Origin: an uncultured Ectothiorhodospiraceae bacterium
GTDB taxonomy: Bacteria > Pseudomonadota > Gammaproteobacteria > CAYFWJ01
DNA: 64,000 nucleotides
Assembly: GCA_964346755.1 (NCBI GenBank)
Contig: CAYFWJ010000002.1
Coordinates: 5,939 to 69,938, forward strand
Direction: 5' to 3'
Of this stretch, positions 40,006 through 50,598 are shown piece after piece; position 1 is the first letter of the stretch; each line of letters starts with the position of its first letter. Under the pieces are notes generated by a model. That model saw only the letters and a list, made by a program, of their open reading frames with translations, did no database searches and had not been told where the DNA came from. The translations under genes and the position numbers were made by a program.

Positions 40006-40213
40006 AGGTGGAACCTCTGCACTATCCCGGCTGATCGCTAACGTAGCCCAAACCCGGAGCCGCTGCAACGCGATCGATGAACCCACGAGGTGCCCACTTC
40101 CTCCCCTGGAGACACTCGAGTTATTTGCTGCAGTTCGCCGCACGGGCGCCGTTCGGTTTGCCAATGCATCGGCAGGGAGCGATCGGACACCGCGCATTCG
40201 AACCCGTTGAGCC

Positions 40214-40861
40214 CTATTCGGATAGCGGTTTATCCCGCTGTCTCAACACCTTGTCGACAATTCCGTAATCCGCTGAGGCTTCTGCGCCCATAAAGAAGTC
40301 TCGCTCCGAGTCCTGTGCCACGCGCTCCAGGTCTTGTCCGGTATGTCGGGACAAGATCTCGTTGATTTGTTCACGGGCTTTCAAGATCTCCCGAGCGTGG
40401 ATCTCCACATCCGTGGCCTGCCCCTGGAACCCGCCGAGGGGCTGGTGGATCATGACCCGGGAGTGCGGTAGGCAATAGCGCTTGCCCTCCGCTCCAGCCG
40501 CTAGAAGGATGGCCCCCATGCTGGCGGCTTGTCCAATGCAGAGGGTGCTAACCTCGCTACGGATGAACTGCATCGTGTCGTAGATCGCGAGTCCTGCGCT
40601 CACGGAACCGCCGGGCGAGTTGATATAGATGGAAATCTCTTTGTCCGGGTTCTCCGATTCCAGGAACAAAAGCTGAGCGATGACCACGTTGGCCATGTAG
40701 TCCTCGACGGGTCCTACCAGAAAGATGACCCGTTCTTTGAGTAGGCGCGAGTAAATGTCGTAGGCCCGTTCGCCTCGCGCGGTCTGCTCGACGACCATCG
40801 GGACCAGGTTAAGGTCCTGCGGCCCGGGGTTGTTCGGGGGTTGAGTGGGTTCGTTCGGCAT
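40214..40861 (-). CDS. clpP: ATP-dependent Clp protease proteolytic subunit ClpP
   Basis: Catalytic triad contexts GxAASMG (Ser), HQP (His) and the Asp region. An AGGGGT RBS supports the MPNEP start at 40861; the annotated N-terminal extension is unlikely. Confidence 0.9.
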   Translation of the reverse strand: MPNEPTQPPNNPGPQDLNLVPMVVEQTARGERAYDIYSRLLKERVIFLVGPVEDYMANVVIAQLLFLESENPDKEISIYINSPGGSVSAGLAIYDTMQFIRSEVSTLCIGQAASMGAILLAAGAEGKRYCLPHSRVMIHQPLGGFQGQATDVEIHAREILKAREQINEILSRHTGQDLERVAQDSERDFFMGAEASADYGIVDKVLRQRDKPLSE

Positions 40862-40887
40862 GGTGTACCCCTGGTTCGTCATCATTC

Positions 40888-42192
40888 TCAGGCGCCAGTT
40901 ACAAGATCTTGGTAGCGAACCGATTGACGCGTTACGCGGGCGTTGGTTAGCAACCACTCCACCATGGCCTCCTCGGTTGCGATAATCCGCAGATTGGTCA
41001 TCGCCTCGCGGTCGCTGCGCACGTGTCGGGCCGCACTTTCGGGGTCATCGTAATCCTGCGCGACACGTTCCACGATCGTATCGATTCGCGCTTGATCCGC
41101 CTCGATCCCTTGGTGGCGGATCAGTTCGCTGAGTATCAAGCCACGGGCGACCCGGCGTTCGGCCTCGCCCCGAATGGCCTGGGTTATGGCGTCGGACTCG
41201 TGGTCCTCGTTTAATCCGTTTTGACTCAAGTTCTCCCGAAGTCGACCCATCTCTTCGTCAACCAACGCGTTGGGTACCGGGATCGGGTAGTGCGCGACGA
41301 GGGCATCCATGACCTGCTTCCTCATCTGATCTTTGAGTCGACGCTGCAGATCCTGTTCCATTTGGCGCTGCAGGATGGCTTCGAGCGATTCGGTGTTGTC
41401 CGCTCCAAGTCCTAACGCTTGGCGTACGGCCTCGTCGGTTCGAGGGTTCTCGCTTGAGGGAGGCCGCTCGATCCGATTGATACGGACCTCGAACTGAACG
41501 TTTCGGCCGGCCACCCGGGTATTCGAGTGTTGCTCTGGGAACGAGGTCTCGATTGTCTTGGACTCACCCGTCGTTGCGCCGACCAGTGCTGTTTCCAACT
41601 CGGCGAGGCTGCTTTGCGCTCCGAGTTCGATCACGCTGCCCTCGGCGTCTTCCTCCTCAAGGTGCTCGCCTTCCCGGAAGACCCGATAATCGACGGTTAG
41701 ACGATCATTCCATTCAGCAGGGCGATCGTTCGCCGGTTGCCAATGGCCGTGCCGCTTGCGCAGATAGCCGAGGGCCTCGGCCACATCCTCCGGGGTGATC
41801 TCCGATTCCGGTACGGTGATCTCGATTTGCGTCGGGTCACCCACCTCAATGACCGGATAAGTCTCAAAGACGACCGTGAACTCGACCGGTTTGCCCGACT
41901 CGACGTTAAGGCCTTCAATGCTGGGGGTACCGACGGGGCTGGCCTCCTGTTGCTTCAGTGCCTCATCGACACCCGTGCGCAGTAGGGTTTCGAGGGCCTC
42001 ACGCTGCGCCTGATCGCCGAAGCGTTGGCGCGCGACCCGAAGGGGGACCTTGCCGGGCCGGAAGCCATCGACCCGCGTTCGCTGGCTCAGCTCACGAATG
42101 CGGTTGTCGACGCGTTGCTCGAGATCACCTTCCGGTATGTGAACGCGCAAGCGCCGTTGGATGCCTTCACTCGCTTCGACCGATACCTGCAT
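40888..42192 (-). CDS. tig: Trigger factor
   Basis: The N-terminus [15 protein letters not shown] matches E. coli MQVSVETTQGLGRRV; the ribosome-binding GFRPGKVP motif is present. Confidence 0.95.
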   Translation of the reverse strand: MQVSVEASEGIQRRLRVHIPEGDLEQRVDNRIRELSQRTRVDGFRPGKVPLRVARQRFGDQAQREALETLLRTGVDEALKQQEASPVGTPSIEGLNVESGKPVEFTVVFETYPVIEVGDPTQIEITVPESEITPEDVAEALGYLRKRHGHWQPANDRPAEWNDRLTVDYRVFREGEHLEEEDAEGSVIELGAQSSLAELETALVGATTGESKTIETSFPEQHSNTRVAGRNVQFEVRINRIERPPSSENPRTDEAVRQALGLGADNTESLEAILQRQMEQDLQRRLKDQMRKQVMDALVAHYPIPVPNALVDEEMGRLRENLSQNGLNEDHESDAITQAIRGEAERRVARGLILSELIRHQGIEADQARIDTIVERVAQDYDDPESAARHVRSDREAMTNLRIIATEEAMVEWLLTNARVTRQSVRYQDLVTGA

Positions 42193-42495
42193 GAACCCGA
42201 TCACCTCGCAAATGCGTTTCTATCATAAAGCGTGTTGTATCCGGCACCTGACCCATGACGGGGCAATCGATGAACCGATGGGGGGTGGTTGTGCCCCGTT
42301 GACCCGGATTCGAGGCCGCCGTTTAGCCCGGCGAATCGCCTCTAACATGCCTGGGTGACTGCGACATTGAATACATAACGTCCTAAACTAGGGGCGATGG
42401 CAAGCAAAGACAAGGGGCTCAAGTCATGATCGGCGTCGTTAGACCTGGATGAGGCGAATAGGGGGTAGGCAACGGGAAGAATCGCAAAGGAGAGG

Positions 42496-42584
<89 letters not shown>

Positions 42585-42937
42585 TGGGTTGGGTCAGCCA
42601 GAGCGCACGCGACGACACCGATCACCTTGCACGGAGGTTTGACATCCGATCGATGCGTTGGCCTCGGCCTAATGAGCTGCACACGCGCCAACCGGCTCCA
42701 ATCCCCCAACGTGCCTGGAGCCCTGTCGATCAAAGCATCCTCAGCTTGGCGCATGATCCCGCGTTCGATGTCAGCATGAGCCGGCTGACGCCGTTCCCGG
42801 ATCCTGGGGATGTCGTTAGCTGTTAGCCTCTCTCCGCACGTGCTTTGTCAACGGATCCACGACCGGGATGACCCCGCGGGTCCTGCCATGCGATCAATGC
42901 AGTCAGTCGATCCCTTGATCGGCTTGTGCCAGACCGG

Positions 42938-43348
42938 CTAGTTCGACTCTGACTCGGAGCCGCGACGTTTCAAGCGTAAGAGCTCGCGTCGGTCTCGCTT
43001 GGTCGGACGGTCGGGAGCGCCTTCTGGACGCGTTTGCTGGCGAATCGAAGCCTCCCGTTGTCGCTGTTGCAGGCTCGCCGAGGTTTCTTCGTAGAGCTTT
43101 TGGGCCTCCTCGGCAGGCCCGCGGCGCGGGCTCAAACCCTGCACGATCACGGTCATCTCCGCGGCGCCTCGGCGAATTCGGATTCGCTCGCCGACCTTGA
43201 GTTCACGGGAGGGCTTAGTCCGCTCCTCATTGACTTGGACCTTACCTCCGCGCACGGCTTCTGTTGCGAGGCTCCGGGTTTTGTAGAAACGCGCGGCCCA
43301 AAGCCACTTGTCCAAACGGATCGAGCTATTATTCGCGCTTTCCGACAT
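42938..43348 (-). CDS. hslR: Ribosome-associated heat shock protein Hsp15 (S4-domain RNA-binding)
   Basis: IRLDKWLWAARFYKTRSLA is the S4 domain signature of HslR. The C-terminus is basic. Confidence 0.85.
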   Translation of the reverse strand: MSESANNSSIRLDKWLWAARFYKTRSLATEAVRGGKVQVNEERTKPSRELKVGERIRIRRGAAEMTVIVQGLSPRRGPAEEAQKLYEETSASLQQRQREASIRQQTRPEGAPDRPTKRDRRELLRLKRRGSESESN

Positions 43349-43501
43349 GGGTTCGTTTAAGTCCAGGTCGGTATGAGCTTATACGACTTGCATGGTAGAT
43401 CGAGTCGTTCGATGAGATCAAACGATCATCGTCTGAGTTCGTATCGAGGCGTCTAATCGGCCTTGCATCACCGTCGCGATCCCGGGTCGAGGCATTACCG
43501 A

Positions 43502-43789
43502 TCACGATTCGCGGCGAACGGTAGCCGACAACGTATGCTCCCCGCTCGCATCGGGTAGTATCACATTCAGCTCAAGCTTTTCGTAATTGTCTTCCCGTTG
43601 CCAGTTCACGTTAACCGCCTCGTCATCCACGGGCACGTACTGGCGCACCACGGCCAAGATCTCCTGCTCGAGTCGCGGGAGATACTCGGGGCTGTCGCGG
43701 TGTCGGCGTTCGTGGGAGATGACGATTTGGAGTCGCTCCTTGGCAAGACTCGCTTTGGTCTTCTTCGAGGATTGAAAGAGTCCCAACAT
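43502..43789 (-). CDS. minE: Cell division topological specificity factor MinE
   Basis: 95 aa; the N-terminus LFxSxKKTxAxxAKERLQIV is typical of MinE. Follows minD. Confidence 0.9.
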   Translation of the reverse strand: MLGLFQSSKKTKASLAKERLQIVISHERRHRDSPEYLPRLEQEILAVVRQYVPVDDEAVNVNWQREDNYEKLELNVILPDASGEHTLSATVRRES

Positions 43790-43802
43790 GCTTACGCACC
43801 CG

Positions 43803-44612
43803 CTAGCTTCTGAAAATCCGTCCGATGAAGCCGCGTCGCTCCGAGTCGACGAAGCGAAACGGCAATTCGTTACCTAAGAGCCGTTCGACCGAATCCTGGT
43901 AGGCCTGGCCAGCCGTGCTGGAATCCTCGAAGACCACGGGTTTGCCCTCGTTCGACGCGTTCAATACCGCTTGCGATTCGGGGATGATCCCGAGCAGCGG
44001 GATCGAAAGGATCTCTTGGACATCGTCGACGGATAACATATCGCCGCTTTGCACGCGTCGGGGCTGATAGCGCGTCAACAGAAGCCATTCGCGGATCCCG
44101 GAGCGCTCTTGCTCCGCTCGTTGGGATTGGCTCGCGACGAGCCCGAGGATCCGGTCGGAGTCGCGTACGGAGGAGACTTCGGGGTTGGTGACCACGACGG
44201 CTTCATCCGCGTAGTAAAGCGCCATCCGGGCCCCGTGCTCGATACCGGCTGGCGAATCGCAGATGACGTAATCAAAATCCCGCCGCAGCTCATCCAAGAC
44301 GCGGCCCACCCCGTCTTGGGTCAAGGCCTGTTTGTCTCGGGTCTGGGAGGCCGGCAAGATAAATAGGCCGTTGACTCGCTTATCTCGAATCAACGCTTGG
44401 TTGAGTTTGGCTTCGCCGTTGATGACGTTGACGAAGTCGAATACCACGCGTCGCTCGACCCCCATAATCAAGTCGAGGTTGCGGAGTCCGACATCAAAAT
44501 CGACGACGGCTGTCTTGAATCCCTTCAATGCCAATCCTGCCCCGATGGAGGCGCAGGTTGTTGTTTTGCCAACCCCGCCTTTTCCTGACGTGATGACGAT
44601 GATCTTGGCCAC
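43803..44612 (-). CDS. minD: Septum site-determining ATPase MinD
   Basis: Deviant Walker A KGGVGKTT and a C-terminal amphipathic helix. Confidence 0.95.
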   Translation of the reverse strand: MAKIIVITSGKGGVGKTTTCASIGAGLALKGFKTAVVDFDVGLRNLDLIMGVERRVVFDFVNVINGEAKLNQALIRDKRVNGLFILPASQTRDKQALTQDGVGRVLDELRRDFDYVICDSPAGIEHGARMALYYADEAVVVTNPEVSSVRDSDRILGLVASQSQRAEQERSGIREWLLLTRYQPRRVQSGDMLSVDDVQEILSIPLLGIIPESQAVLNASNEGKPVVFEDSSTAGQAYQDSVERLLGNELPFRFVDSERRGFIGRIFRS

Positions 44613-44681
44613 AGATGCTAACCCCCGGCAAGCGGATATCGTTGTTTCAGGTGTTCACCGCCGTTGCGCACTCATGGATGC

Positions 44682-45509
44682 TCAGAGCGCATCGATCCGT
44701 AGTTGCCCGTCTTGGAGGTACACCTGAACGGCTTGAGAAGGATCGTTTGGCGGGATGTCTTCACTGACGCGATATTGACCCGCGATCGCGACCAACTCGG
44801 CTCGCAACGATCGGCAGAAGATGCGCGCCGTCTCGTCACCCGCGACTCCGGCCAGGGCCCGGCCCCGTAACGGACCATACAGATGAATGTGCCCATCCGC
44901 CATCACCTCGGCCCCCGGGCTAACCGCTCCGAGGATGACGAGATCGCCACGTCGCGCGTAGACCTGCTGGCCGGAGCGTATCGGCCGCGCGATGACCTGA
45001 GTCGTGCCTCCCTTCGATACTCGCCCATCACCCCCTGCGTCGTGATCGCTGCGATCGATGGCTTCGGCGCCGCCGCTGGCGAGGATCTCCGCGGACTTGG
45101 CAGGTGCGGCGCTGCGGGGGGTATCGCTGGCAGGTTCCGGAGGGGCGGTGGTTGCCCCGGCGGCGGGTTGGCGACTCGAGGCCTGTCGAGGGTCCGGCCA
45201 TAGGCCCAAGCCTTGTGCCTTGATCAAGGTGTCGAGCTCGTCCCAAGGGCCCCGCTGGATTGCGATCGGTCGGATCCCACGGCGTCGGAGCTCGCTCAGA
45301 AGGGCGGACAAAAGGGTTATCGACGGGAGCGCCGGGAGTGCACTGAGATTCAGGACGATCGGCATCTCCTGGAGGAGGCCGGGTGCCCGGGCCAAGGCGT
45401 CATCGAGCTGCTGGGTGACGGCCTCGGTATCGGCGATGAAGAGATGGAAGAAGGTGACCGTGGTCATTCGGCCCTTCAATTCGAATGCCTTCGTGCTGTC
45501 TACCATCAT
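44682..45509 (-). CDS. minC: Septum site-determining protein MinC
   Basis: An N-terminal domain (FELKG..T...F), a Pro/Ala-rich linker and a C-terminal beta-helical domain with GDxxxGA repeats. The start is probably MMVDST at 45509, giving 276 aa. Confidence 0.85.
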   Translation of the reverse strand: MMVDSTKAFELKGRMTTVTFFHLFIADTEAVTQQLDDALARAPGLLQEMPIVLNLSALPALPSITLLSALLSELRRRGIRPIAIQRGPWDELDTLIKAQGLGLWPDPRQASSRQPAAGATTAPPEPASDTPRSAAPAKSAEILASGGAEAIDRSDHDAGGDGRVSKGGTTQVIARPIRSGQQVYARRGDLVILGAVSPGAEVMADGHIHLYGPLRGRALAGVAGDETARIFCRSLRAELVAIAGQYRVSEDIPPNDPSQAVQVYLQDGQLRIDAL

Positions 45510-45622
45510 CTCGCTATGGCCTGTCGTCCTAGGCGCCCGATGCATGCCGAGGCCGGTGAGGTGGCCCGACAGGTTCGGTCGGTGGGGGTTACACGACGTT
45601 GTAGATGAAAGCGGCCCGTTGC

Positions 45623-46081
45623 TCACGCCCCACGGGCGCTGACTGGGGCGCATTCGGCGACGATATAGCCCTCCAGCGTGTCCTCCGCTACCTCGTGCTC
45701 ACTCAGCGTCCAGCCGACGATCGATGCGGAGCTCGCCTGAGTGGATTCGGGGCGAGCGCTTCGCAATGGATGCCATGATGGCAGATCCTTGCCCTCGGCC
45801 ATGCGACGATAGCCACACGTCGTTGGCAGCCAGGCTCGAGCCTCGTCGAGTCGCTCCGGCGTGAGTCTCAGGCAATCAGGAACATAGGAAAAGCGCTCGG
45901 GGTAATTGCGACATCGTCCGCTGGCGCAATCTAGCAGGTGACAGCTGACGTTGGTCAGGAAGATGCGCCCTGTCTCGAGGTCTTCGAGCTTGTGCAGGCA
46001 GCATTGACCGCAGCCATCACACAGCGCTTCCCATTCGTTGGCCGTCATTTCTGAAAGGGTTTTTTCACGCCAAAAGGCCAT
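45623..46081 (-). CDS. ycgN: UPF0260 family cysteine-rich protein YcgN
   Basis: EWEALCDGCGQCCLHKL matches E. coli YcgN (EWESLCDGCGQCCLHKL). Conserved neighbour of minC. Confidence 0.85.
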   Translation of the reverse strand: MAFWREKTLSEMTANEWEALCDGCGQCCLHKLEDLETGRIFLTNVSCHLLDCASGRCRNYPERFSYVPDCLRLTPERLDEARAWLPTTCGYRRMAEGKDLPSWHPLRSARPESTQASSASIVGWTLSEHEVAEDTLEGYIVAECAPVSARGA

Positions 46082-46321
46082 GGTTCGATCTGCTATCTCG
46101 GGTGCTCACGGTCAGCCTGCATCATACGTCCGAAAGGGTAGCACAGCATGTGGCCTTGACGTAGAGGGGGATGATTCTCAAGCGGCGGAGACATCCGTTC
46201 AAGGCCTTGGCGGTGGCGGGAACGGACGGGAGGCAGGCGCTTCGTGCCCCCGACGGTCGGTCGGCAGCAGACACGCATCGGGCGCTCGGCTAGGCGCCCG
46301 ATGAATCGCCGGATCCGTAGC

Positions 46322-48226
46322 TCAGGCGAGGACCCCATTGAGACGTCGGACAAAGGCTGCCGGGTCCCGGAGTTGGCCCCCCTCGGCGAGGACGGCTTGG
46401 TCGAACAAGATGTGCGCGAGATCCGTGAACCGATCCGTATCCGTTTCATCCTTGAGTTTGCGCACCAATCGGTGCTCCGGATTCAGCTCGAGCGCTGGTT
46501 TTTGGGTCGGGAAGTCGTGCCCCGATTCGCGCAGGAGGCGTTGCATATACAGGGCCATGTCGTGTTCGCCGAGGACGATGCATGAGGGGGAGTCGACGAG
46601 TCGGTGGGAGAGCCGAACCTCCGAGACCTCCTCGCCGAGCGCGGATTTGACCCGCTCGATGATCGGTTCCAACTCCTGTTCCTCAGCGGATTCGACGGAT
46701 TCCTCTGGGGTCTCGGTACCGATGCCGCTGAGCTCGATGTCGCCTTTCGCAACGGATTTGAAGGCGATGCCCTGATACTCCGTCACATGGGCCATTGCCC
46801 ACTCATCGACCCGGTCTGGCATCAGCAAGACTTCGATCCCCTTCTTGCGAAAGATCTCGAGGTGGGGACTGTTCCGGGCTGCGGCGAGGTTGTCGGCGGT
46901 CAGGATGTAGATGTTTTCCTGACCTTCGAGCATCCGTTCGCGGTATTGGGCGAGACTGACGCTCGGTTCGTCGGCGTGGTCGTCGTGGGTCGAATGGAAA
47001 CGGAGCAGCTCGAGAATCGCCTCTTGATTGGACCGATCCTCGACGGGCCCTTCCTTCAGCACGCGCCCGAACTCGTTCCAGAAGCGTTGATAACGCTCGG
47101 CATCCTTATCGGCAACGTCTTTGAGCAGCCCGAGGACCTTTTTGACCGAGGCGGCACGAATCGAATCGATGACCCGGTTATTCTGCAGGATCTCGCGGGA
47201 GATATTCAACGGCAGGTCGTTCGAGTCGACGACCCCCCGCACGAAGCGTAGGTAACGCGGCATGAGTTGCTCGGCGTCATCCATGATGAACACGCGCTGG
47301 ACGTAGAGCTTCACGCCGTGCCGTTGGTCCCGGTCCCAAAGATCAAACGGGGCGCGGGCTGGGATGTAGAGCAGGCTGGTGTATTCCGTTCGACCCTCCA
47401 CGTGATTGTGGATCCAGGCCAACGGGTCCTCGAAGTCGTGGGCAACGTGTTTGTAGAACTCCTTGTATTCTTCATCGGAGATCTCAGTCTTCGGGCGCGC
47501 CCAGAGGGCCGATGCGCGATTCACGACGGTGTAAACGGGCGTCCCATCCTCTTCGGTCTTCGGATTCCCCTCCTCGTCGCGCTCGGGCATCTCGACGGGT
47601 AATGGGATGTGGTCGGAATACCGGGTGATGATGGACCGGAGCCGGTAATCGTCCAGGAGTTCGTCTTCGCCTTCCTTGAGGTGGAGGGTGACGGTGGTTC
47701 CTCGGTCGGAGCGCTCGGTGGTCTCGAGGGTGTAGCTCCCCGACCCATCGGACTCCCAGCGCACGCCGTGTTCGCGTCCCATACCGGCGCGTCGGGTCGT
47801 CAGGGTGATTCGATCGGCGATGATGAACGAGGAGTAGAAGCCGACGCCGAATTGGCCGATGAGTTGGCTGTCCTTGGCTTGGTCCCCGCTCAGGGATTCC
47901 ACGAACTGGCGGGTGCCTGAGCGCGCGATTGTGCCGATATTCTCGATGACTTCGTCGCGCGACATGCCGATCCCGTTGTCCGTTACCGAGATCGTCCGGG
48001 CGGTGGCATCGAAGTCGACGCGCACGCGCAGGTCACTTTCGCCCTCGAAGAGGGCATCATCGCTTAGGGCTTCGAAACGCAGCTTGTCGCAGGCATCTGC
48101 GGCGTTGGAGATCAGTTCGCGGAGGAATATCTCCTTATTGGAATAGACCGCGTTGATCATGAGGTGCAGCAGTTGCTGCACCTCCGCCTGGAATGCATGG
48201 GTTTCCTTCGGAGACTCGGTAGTCAT
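46322..48226 (-). CDS. htpG: Molecular chaperone HtpG (Hsp90)
   Basis: GHKL ATPase N-domain (FQAEVQQLLHLMINAVYSNKEIFLRELISNAADA), with middle and C-terminal domains. Starts at MTTESPKETHAF (48226). Confidence 0.95.
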   Translation of the reverse strand: MTTESPKETHAFQAEVQQLLHLMINAVYSNKEIFLRELISNAADACDKLRFEALSDDALFEGESDLRVRVDFDATARTISVTDNGIGMSRDEVIENIGTIARSGTRQFVESLSGDQAKDSQLIGQFGVGFYSSFIIADRITLTTRRAGMGREHGVRWESDGSGSYTLETTERSDRGTTVTLHLKEGEDELLDDYRLRSIITRYSDHIPLPVEMPERDEEGNPKTEEDGTPVYTVVNRASALWARPKTEISDEEYKEFYKHVAHDFEDPLAWIHNHVEGRTEYTSLLYIPARAPFDLWDRDQRHGVKLYVQRVFIMDDAEQLMPRYLRFVRGVVDSNDLPLNISREILQNNRVIDSIRAASVKKVLGLLKDVADKDAERYQRFWNEFGRVLKEGPVEDRSNQEAILELLRFHSTHDDHADEPSVSLAQYRERMLEGQENIYILTADNLAAARNSPHLEIFRKKGIEVLLMPDRVDEWAMAHVTEYQGIAFKSVAKGDIELSGIGTETPEESVESAEEQELEPIIERVKSALGEEVSEVRLSHRLVDSPSCIVLGEHDMALYMQRLLRESGHDFPTQKPALELNPEHRLVRKLKDETDTDRFTDLAHILFDQAVLAEGGQLRDPAAFVRRLNGVLA

Positions 48227-48356
48227 GGGCTTGCTGGTTGCTGTCGTTGTTGGGCGTGCCCTTGGGGATACGGTCAACCGTCGGACTTTTCAAGACGCGC
48301 GATACCGGGTCAGGCCTGTCCCGGCGAATCCGGTACCGCAGCGGTGGGGCCAGCGC

Positions 48357-48737
48357 TTACTTCGACTCGGCGGCCGCCTTGCGGCGTGGCTTGTTGATCC
48401 GTTCCTTGATGCGGGCGGCCTTGCCGGTCCGTCCCCGGAGGTAGTACAGCTTGGCTCGTCGCACCTTGCCTCGGCGCTTGACCTCGATGCGGGAGACATT
48501 GGGGCTGTAGAGGGGAAAGACCCGTTCGACCCCTTCGCCATGGGACTGCTTGCGAACGGTGAACGTGGAATTGACGCCGCGGTTTCGACGCGCGATCACA
48601 ACCCCCTCGAAGGGCTGCAACCGCTCCCGGTTGCCCTCTTTGACCTTGACCCGGACCACCACCGTGTCGCCGGGTGCGAATTCGGGGATGGATTTATCCA
48701 TCTGCTCGGCTTCGAGCTCGGCGATGATGTTGCTCAT
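48357..48737 (-). CDS. rplS: 50S ribosomal protein L19
   Basis: L19 signature (FxPGDTVxVxVKVxEGxRERxQxFEGVVI); basic C-terminal extension. Confidence 0.95.
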   Translation of the reverse strand: MSNIIAELEAEQMDKSIPEFAPGDTVVVRVKVKEGNRERLQPFEGVVIARRNRGVNSTFTVRKQSHGEGVERVFPLYSPNVSRIEVKRRGKVRRAKLYYLRGRTGKAARIKERINKPRRKAAAESK

Positions 48738-48812
48738 GAGCTAACCCTCTACATAACGAATCATGGATGACCGGTTGATGCGCCCGATGTTCCGAAACCG
48801 CAGCGATCGATC

Positions 48813-49553
48813 TCAGAGATCCTCGGTCACGAAGCGCGTCAATCGATTGCTATCTCGGTTGTCCCACACGCGCCGAGTCAGGAGATCGGGGCGATACAGC
48901 CACGTACGTCCGATGGCTTGCCGGCGACGCCATTCCGCAATGGCGGCATGATCTCCACTCAACAGGACCTCGGGCACACCACCCGCTGCATTACGTTCCG
49001 GCCGGGTGTAGTGGGGACAATCCAATAAACCGTCGCTGAACGAGTCCTCGGCTGCCGATCCCGCGTTACCGAGGACGCCCGGCAACTGGCGTGTGACGGC
49101 ATCGATGATGGCCATCGCCGGTAGCTCGCCCCCGGAAAGCACGTAGTCGCCAAGCGAGCGCTCCTCATCGACACAGGTATCGATGAACCGTTGGTCGATG
49201 CCCTCATAGCGGCCGGCCAGTAAAAAGAGCCCTTCGTTTGCTTCCGCCCACCGTTGAATCGTCGGTTGGTCTAACGGGATTCCTTGAGGCGAGAGGTAGA
49301 TGAGCGGTCGAGGTCCGATGGCCGCGCGGGCGGCCTCGACGGTCGTGAGCAGCGGTTGGAACTGCATCACCATCCCAGGGCCCCCGCCATAGGGGCGGTC
49401 ATCGACGCGTCGTTGGGGGTCCTCGGTGTAGTCTCGAGGGTTCCAAAGCCCCAAGGCGATGGATTCGCGTTCCCGAGCACGACGCACGATCCCATGCTCG
49501 CCGACTTGGCGGACCAAATCAGGAAAGAGTGTGATGATATCGAAGCGGAACAC
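48813..49553 (-). CDS. trmD: tRNA (guanine37-N1)-methyltransferase
   Basis: SPOUT trefoil-knot motifs (DxxTLFP, YGGGPGMV, GRYEGIDxR, SxGDYVLSGGE). Confidence 0.95.
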   Translation of the reverse strand: MFRFDIITLFPDLVRQVGEHGIVRRARERESIALGLWNPRDYTEDPQRRVDDRPYGGGPGMVMQFQPLLTTVEAARAAIGPRPLIYLSPQGIPLDQPTIQRWAEANEGLFLLAGRYEGIDQRFIDTCVDEERSLGDYVLSGGELPAMAIIDAVTRQLPGVLGNAGSAAEDSFSDGLLDCPHYTRPERNAAGGVPEVLLSGDHAAIAEWRRRQAIGRTWLYRPDLLTRRVWDNRDSNRLTRFVTEDL

Positions 49554-49612
49554 CGCCCCCTCCCTTAGGTCCGTGCCGTCAGATGGTTTGCCGGCAGGCC
49601 TGATGGCTCCCG

Positions 49613-50179
49613 TCAGCCGCCGGTCTCGGTGAGAAAATCCGGGTGCCAGTCGACTTCGATCCGGCGTTGATCCCAGTCGACCCGCTGGACGATCGTCTCG
49701 GGCACGAAGGGGATGAGGTGTTCACGACCCCGCTGATCTTGCACGATCATGATCGGATGGGCCCCGCTTTCCATGTGGCCGCTGACCCGCCCCAGCGGGT
49801 TACCTTCGGGGCCGACCACCGGCAGATCGTAGAGGTCGATCCAGTAGTAGGTGCCCGCGGGCGCTGGGGGCAATTGGTCGCGGTGGATGGCGATCGGCGC
49901 GTTGAGCAACCCCCGCGCGTCGGTGCGGTCATCCCAGCCAGCCAGCTTGGCCACGAGGCTCTTGCCGTGGCGACGACCGGCTTCTAGGTGAAGCCACTGC
50001 CCCAGGCTCGGGGCCGCGATATACCAGGGATCGTACTCGAGGATCGCGTCTCGTGGGTCGGTCTCCGAATGGATCCTTAACCACCCCCGCACACCATACA
50101 GACCGGCTATGCGTCCGACGGTGATCAATTCAAGCGCATCGGCCCCCGCGGGTCGTTCGATACGTGCCCCGGCCCCCAT
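49613..50179 (-). CDS. rimM: Ribosome maturation factor RimM
   Basis: GxxxGVRGWL N-domain and a PRC barrel (YYWxDLxxL). Confidence 0.9.
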   Translation of the reverse strand: MGAGARIERPAGADALELITVGRIAGLYGVRGWLRIHSETDPRDAILEYDPWYIAAPSLGQWLHLEAGRRHGKSLVAKLAGWDDRTDARGLLNAPIAIHRDQLPPAPAGTYYWIDLYDLPVVGPEGNPLGRVSGHMESGAHPIMIVQDQRGREHLIPFVPETIVQRVDWDQRRIEVDWHPDFLTETGG

Positions 50180-50191
50180 CTGCGGCTCCGG

Positions 50192-50488
50192 TTAGGCCTC
50201 CGAGGAGGCCACGGTCTCACTCGAGGTTTCCGGTTCCGCCGGCGTGTTGCGACGGGCCTCCTTGATGAGGGCTGCAACGCGTTCTGTCGGTCGCGCCCCG
50301 CGCGCGACCCATTCCGCCGCACGGGTGGTATCGAGCCTCAAGCGCTCCTCTTGGCCCCGTGCGACGGGGTTGAAAAACCCGAGCTGTTCGACGAAGCGAC
50401 CGTCCCGTGGGCTCAGGTCGGGCGATACCACAATCCGGTAGAATGGTTGTCGAATCGCTCCAGCGCGCGCTAATCGAATCTTTAACAT
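50192..50488 (-). CDS. rpsP: 30S ribosomal protein S16
   Basis: [21 protein letters not shown] is the S16 signature. Confidence 0.95.
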   Translation of the reverse strand: MLKIRLARAGAIRQPFYRIVVSPDLSPRDGRFVEQLGFFNPVARGQEERLRLDTTRAAEWVARGARPTERVAALIKEARRNTPAEPETSSETVASSEA

Positions 50489-50598
50489 GGCCTCATATAC
50501 CCCGTGTGGCTGATCTCGAACGCTCGATCAGCGATCTGCGAAAAGCCGCTAAGTCTAGCATTGTGAATCAGGTTGTCGGAAGCGATCGGTGTTCCTGT

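Noticed and set aside
48227-48330. Sigma-32 promoter upstream of htpG
   Set aside because: CTTGAAA and CCCCAAGG elements are present but about 20 nt apart, which is longer than the 13-17 nt typical of sigma-32 promoters. It is mentioned only as a weak candidate inside the heat-shock finding.
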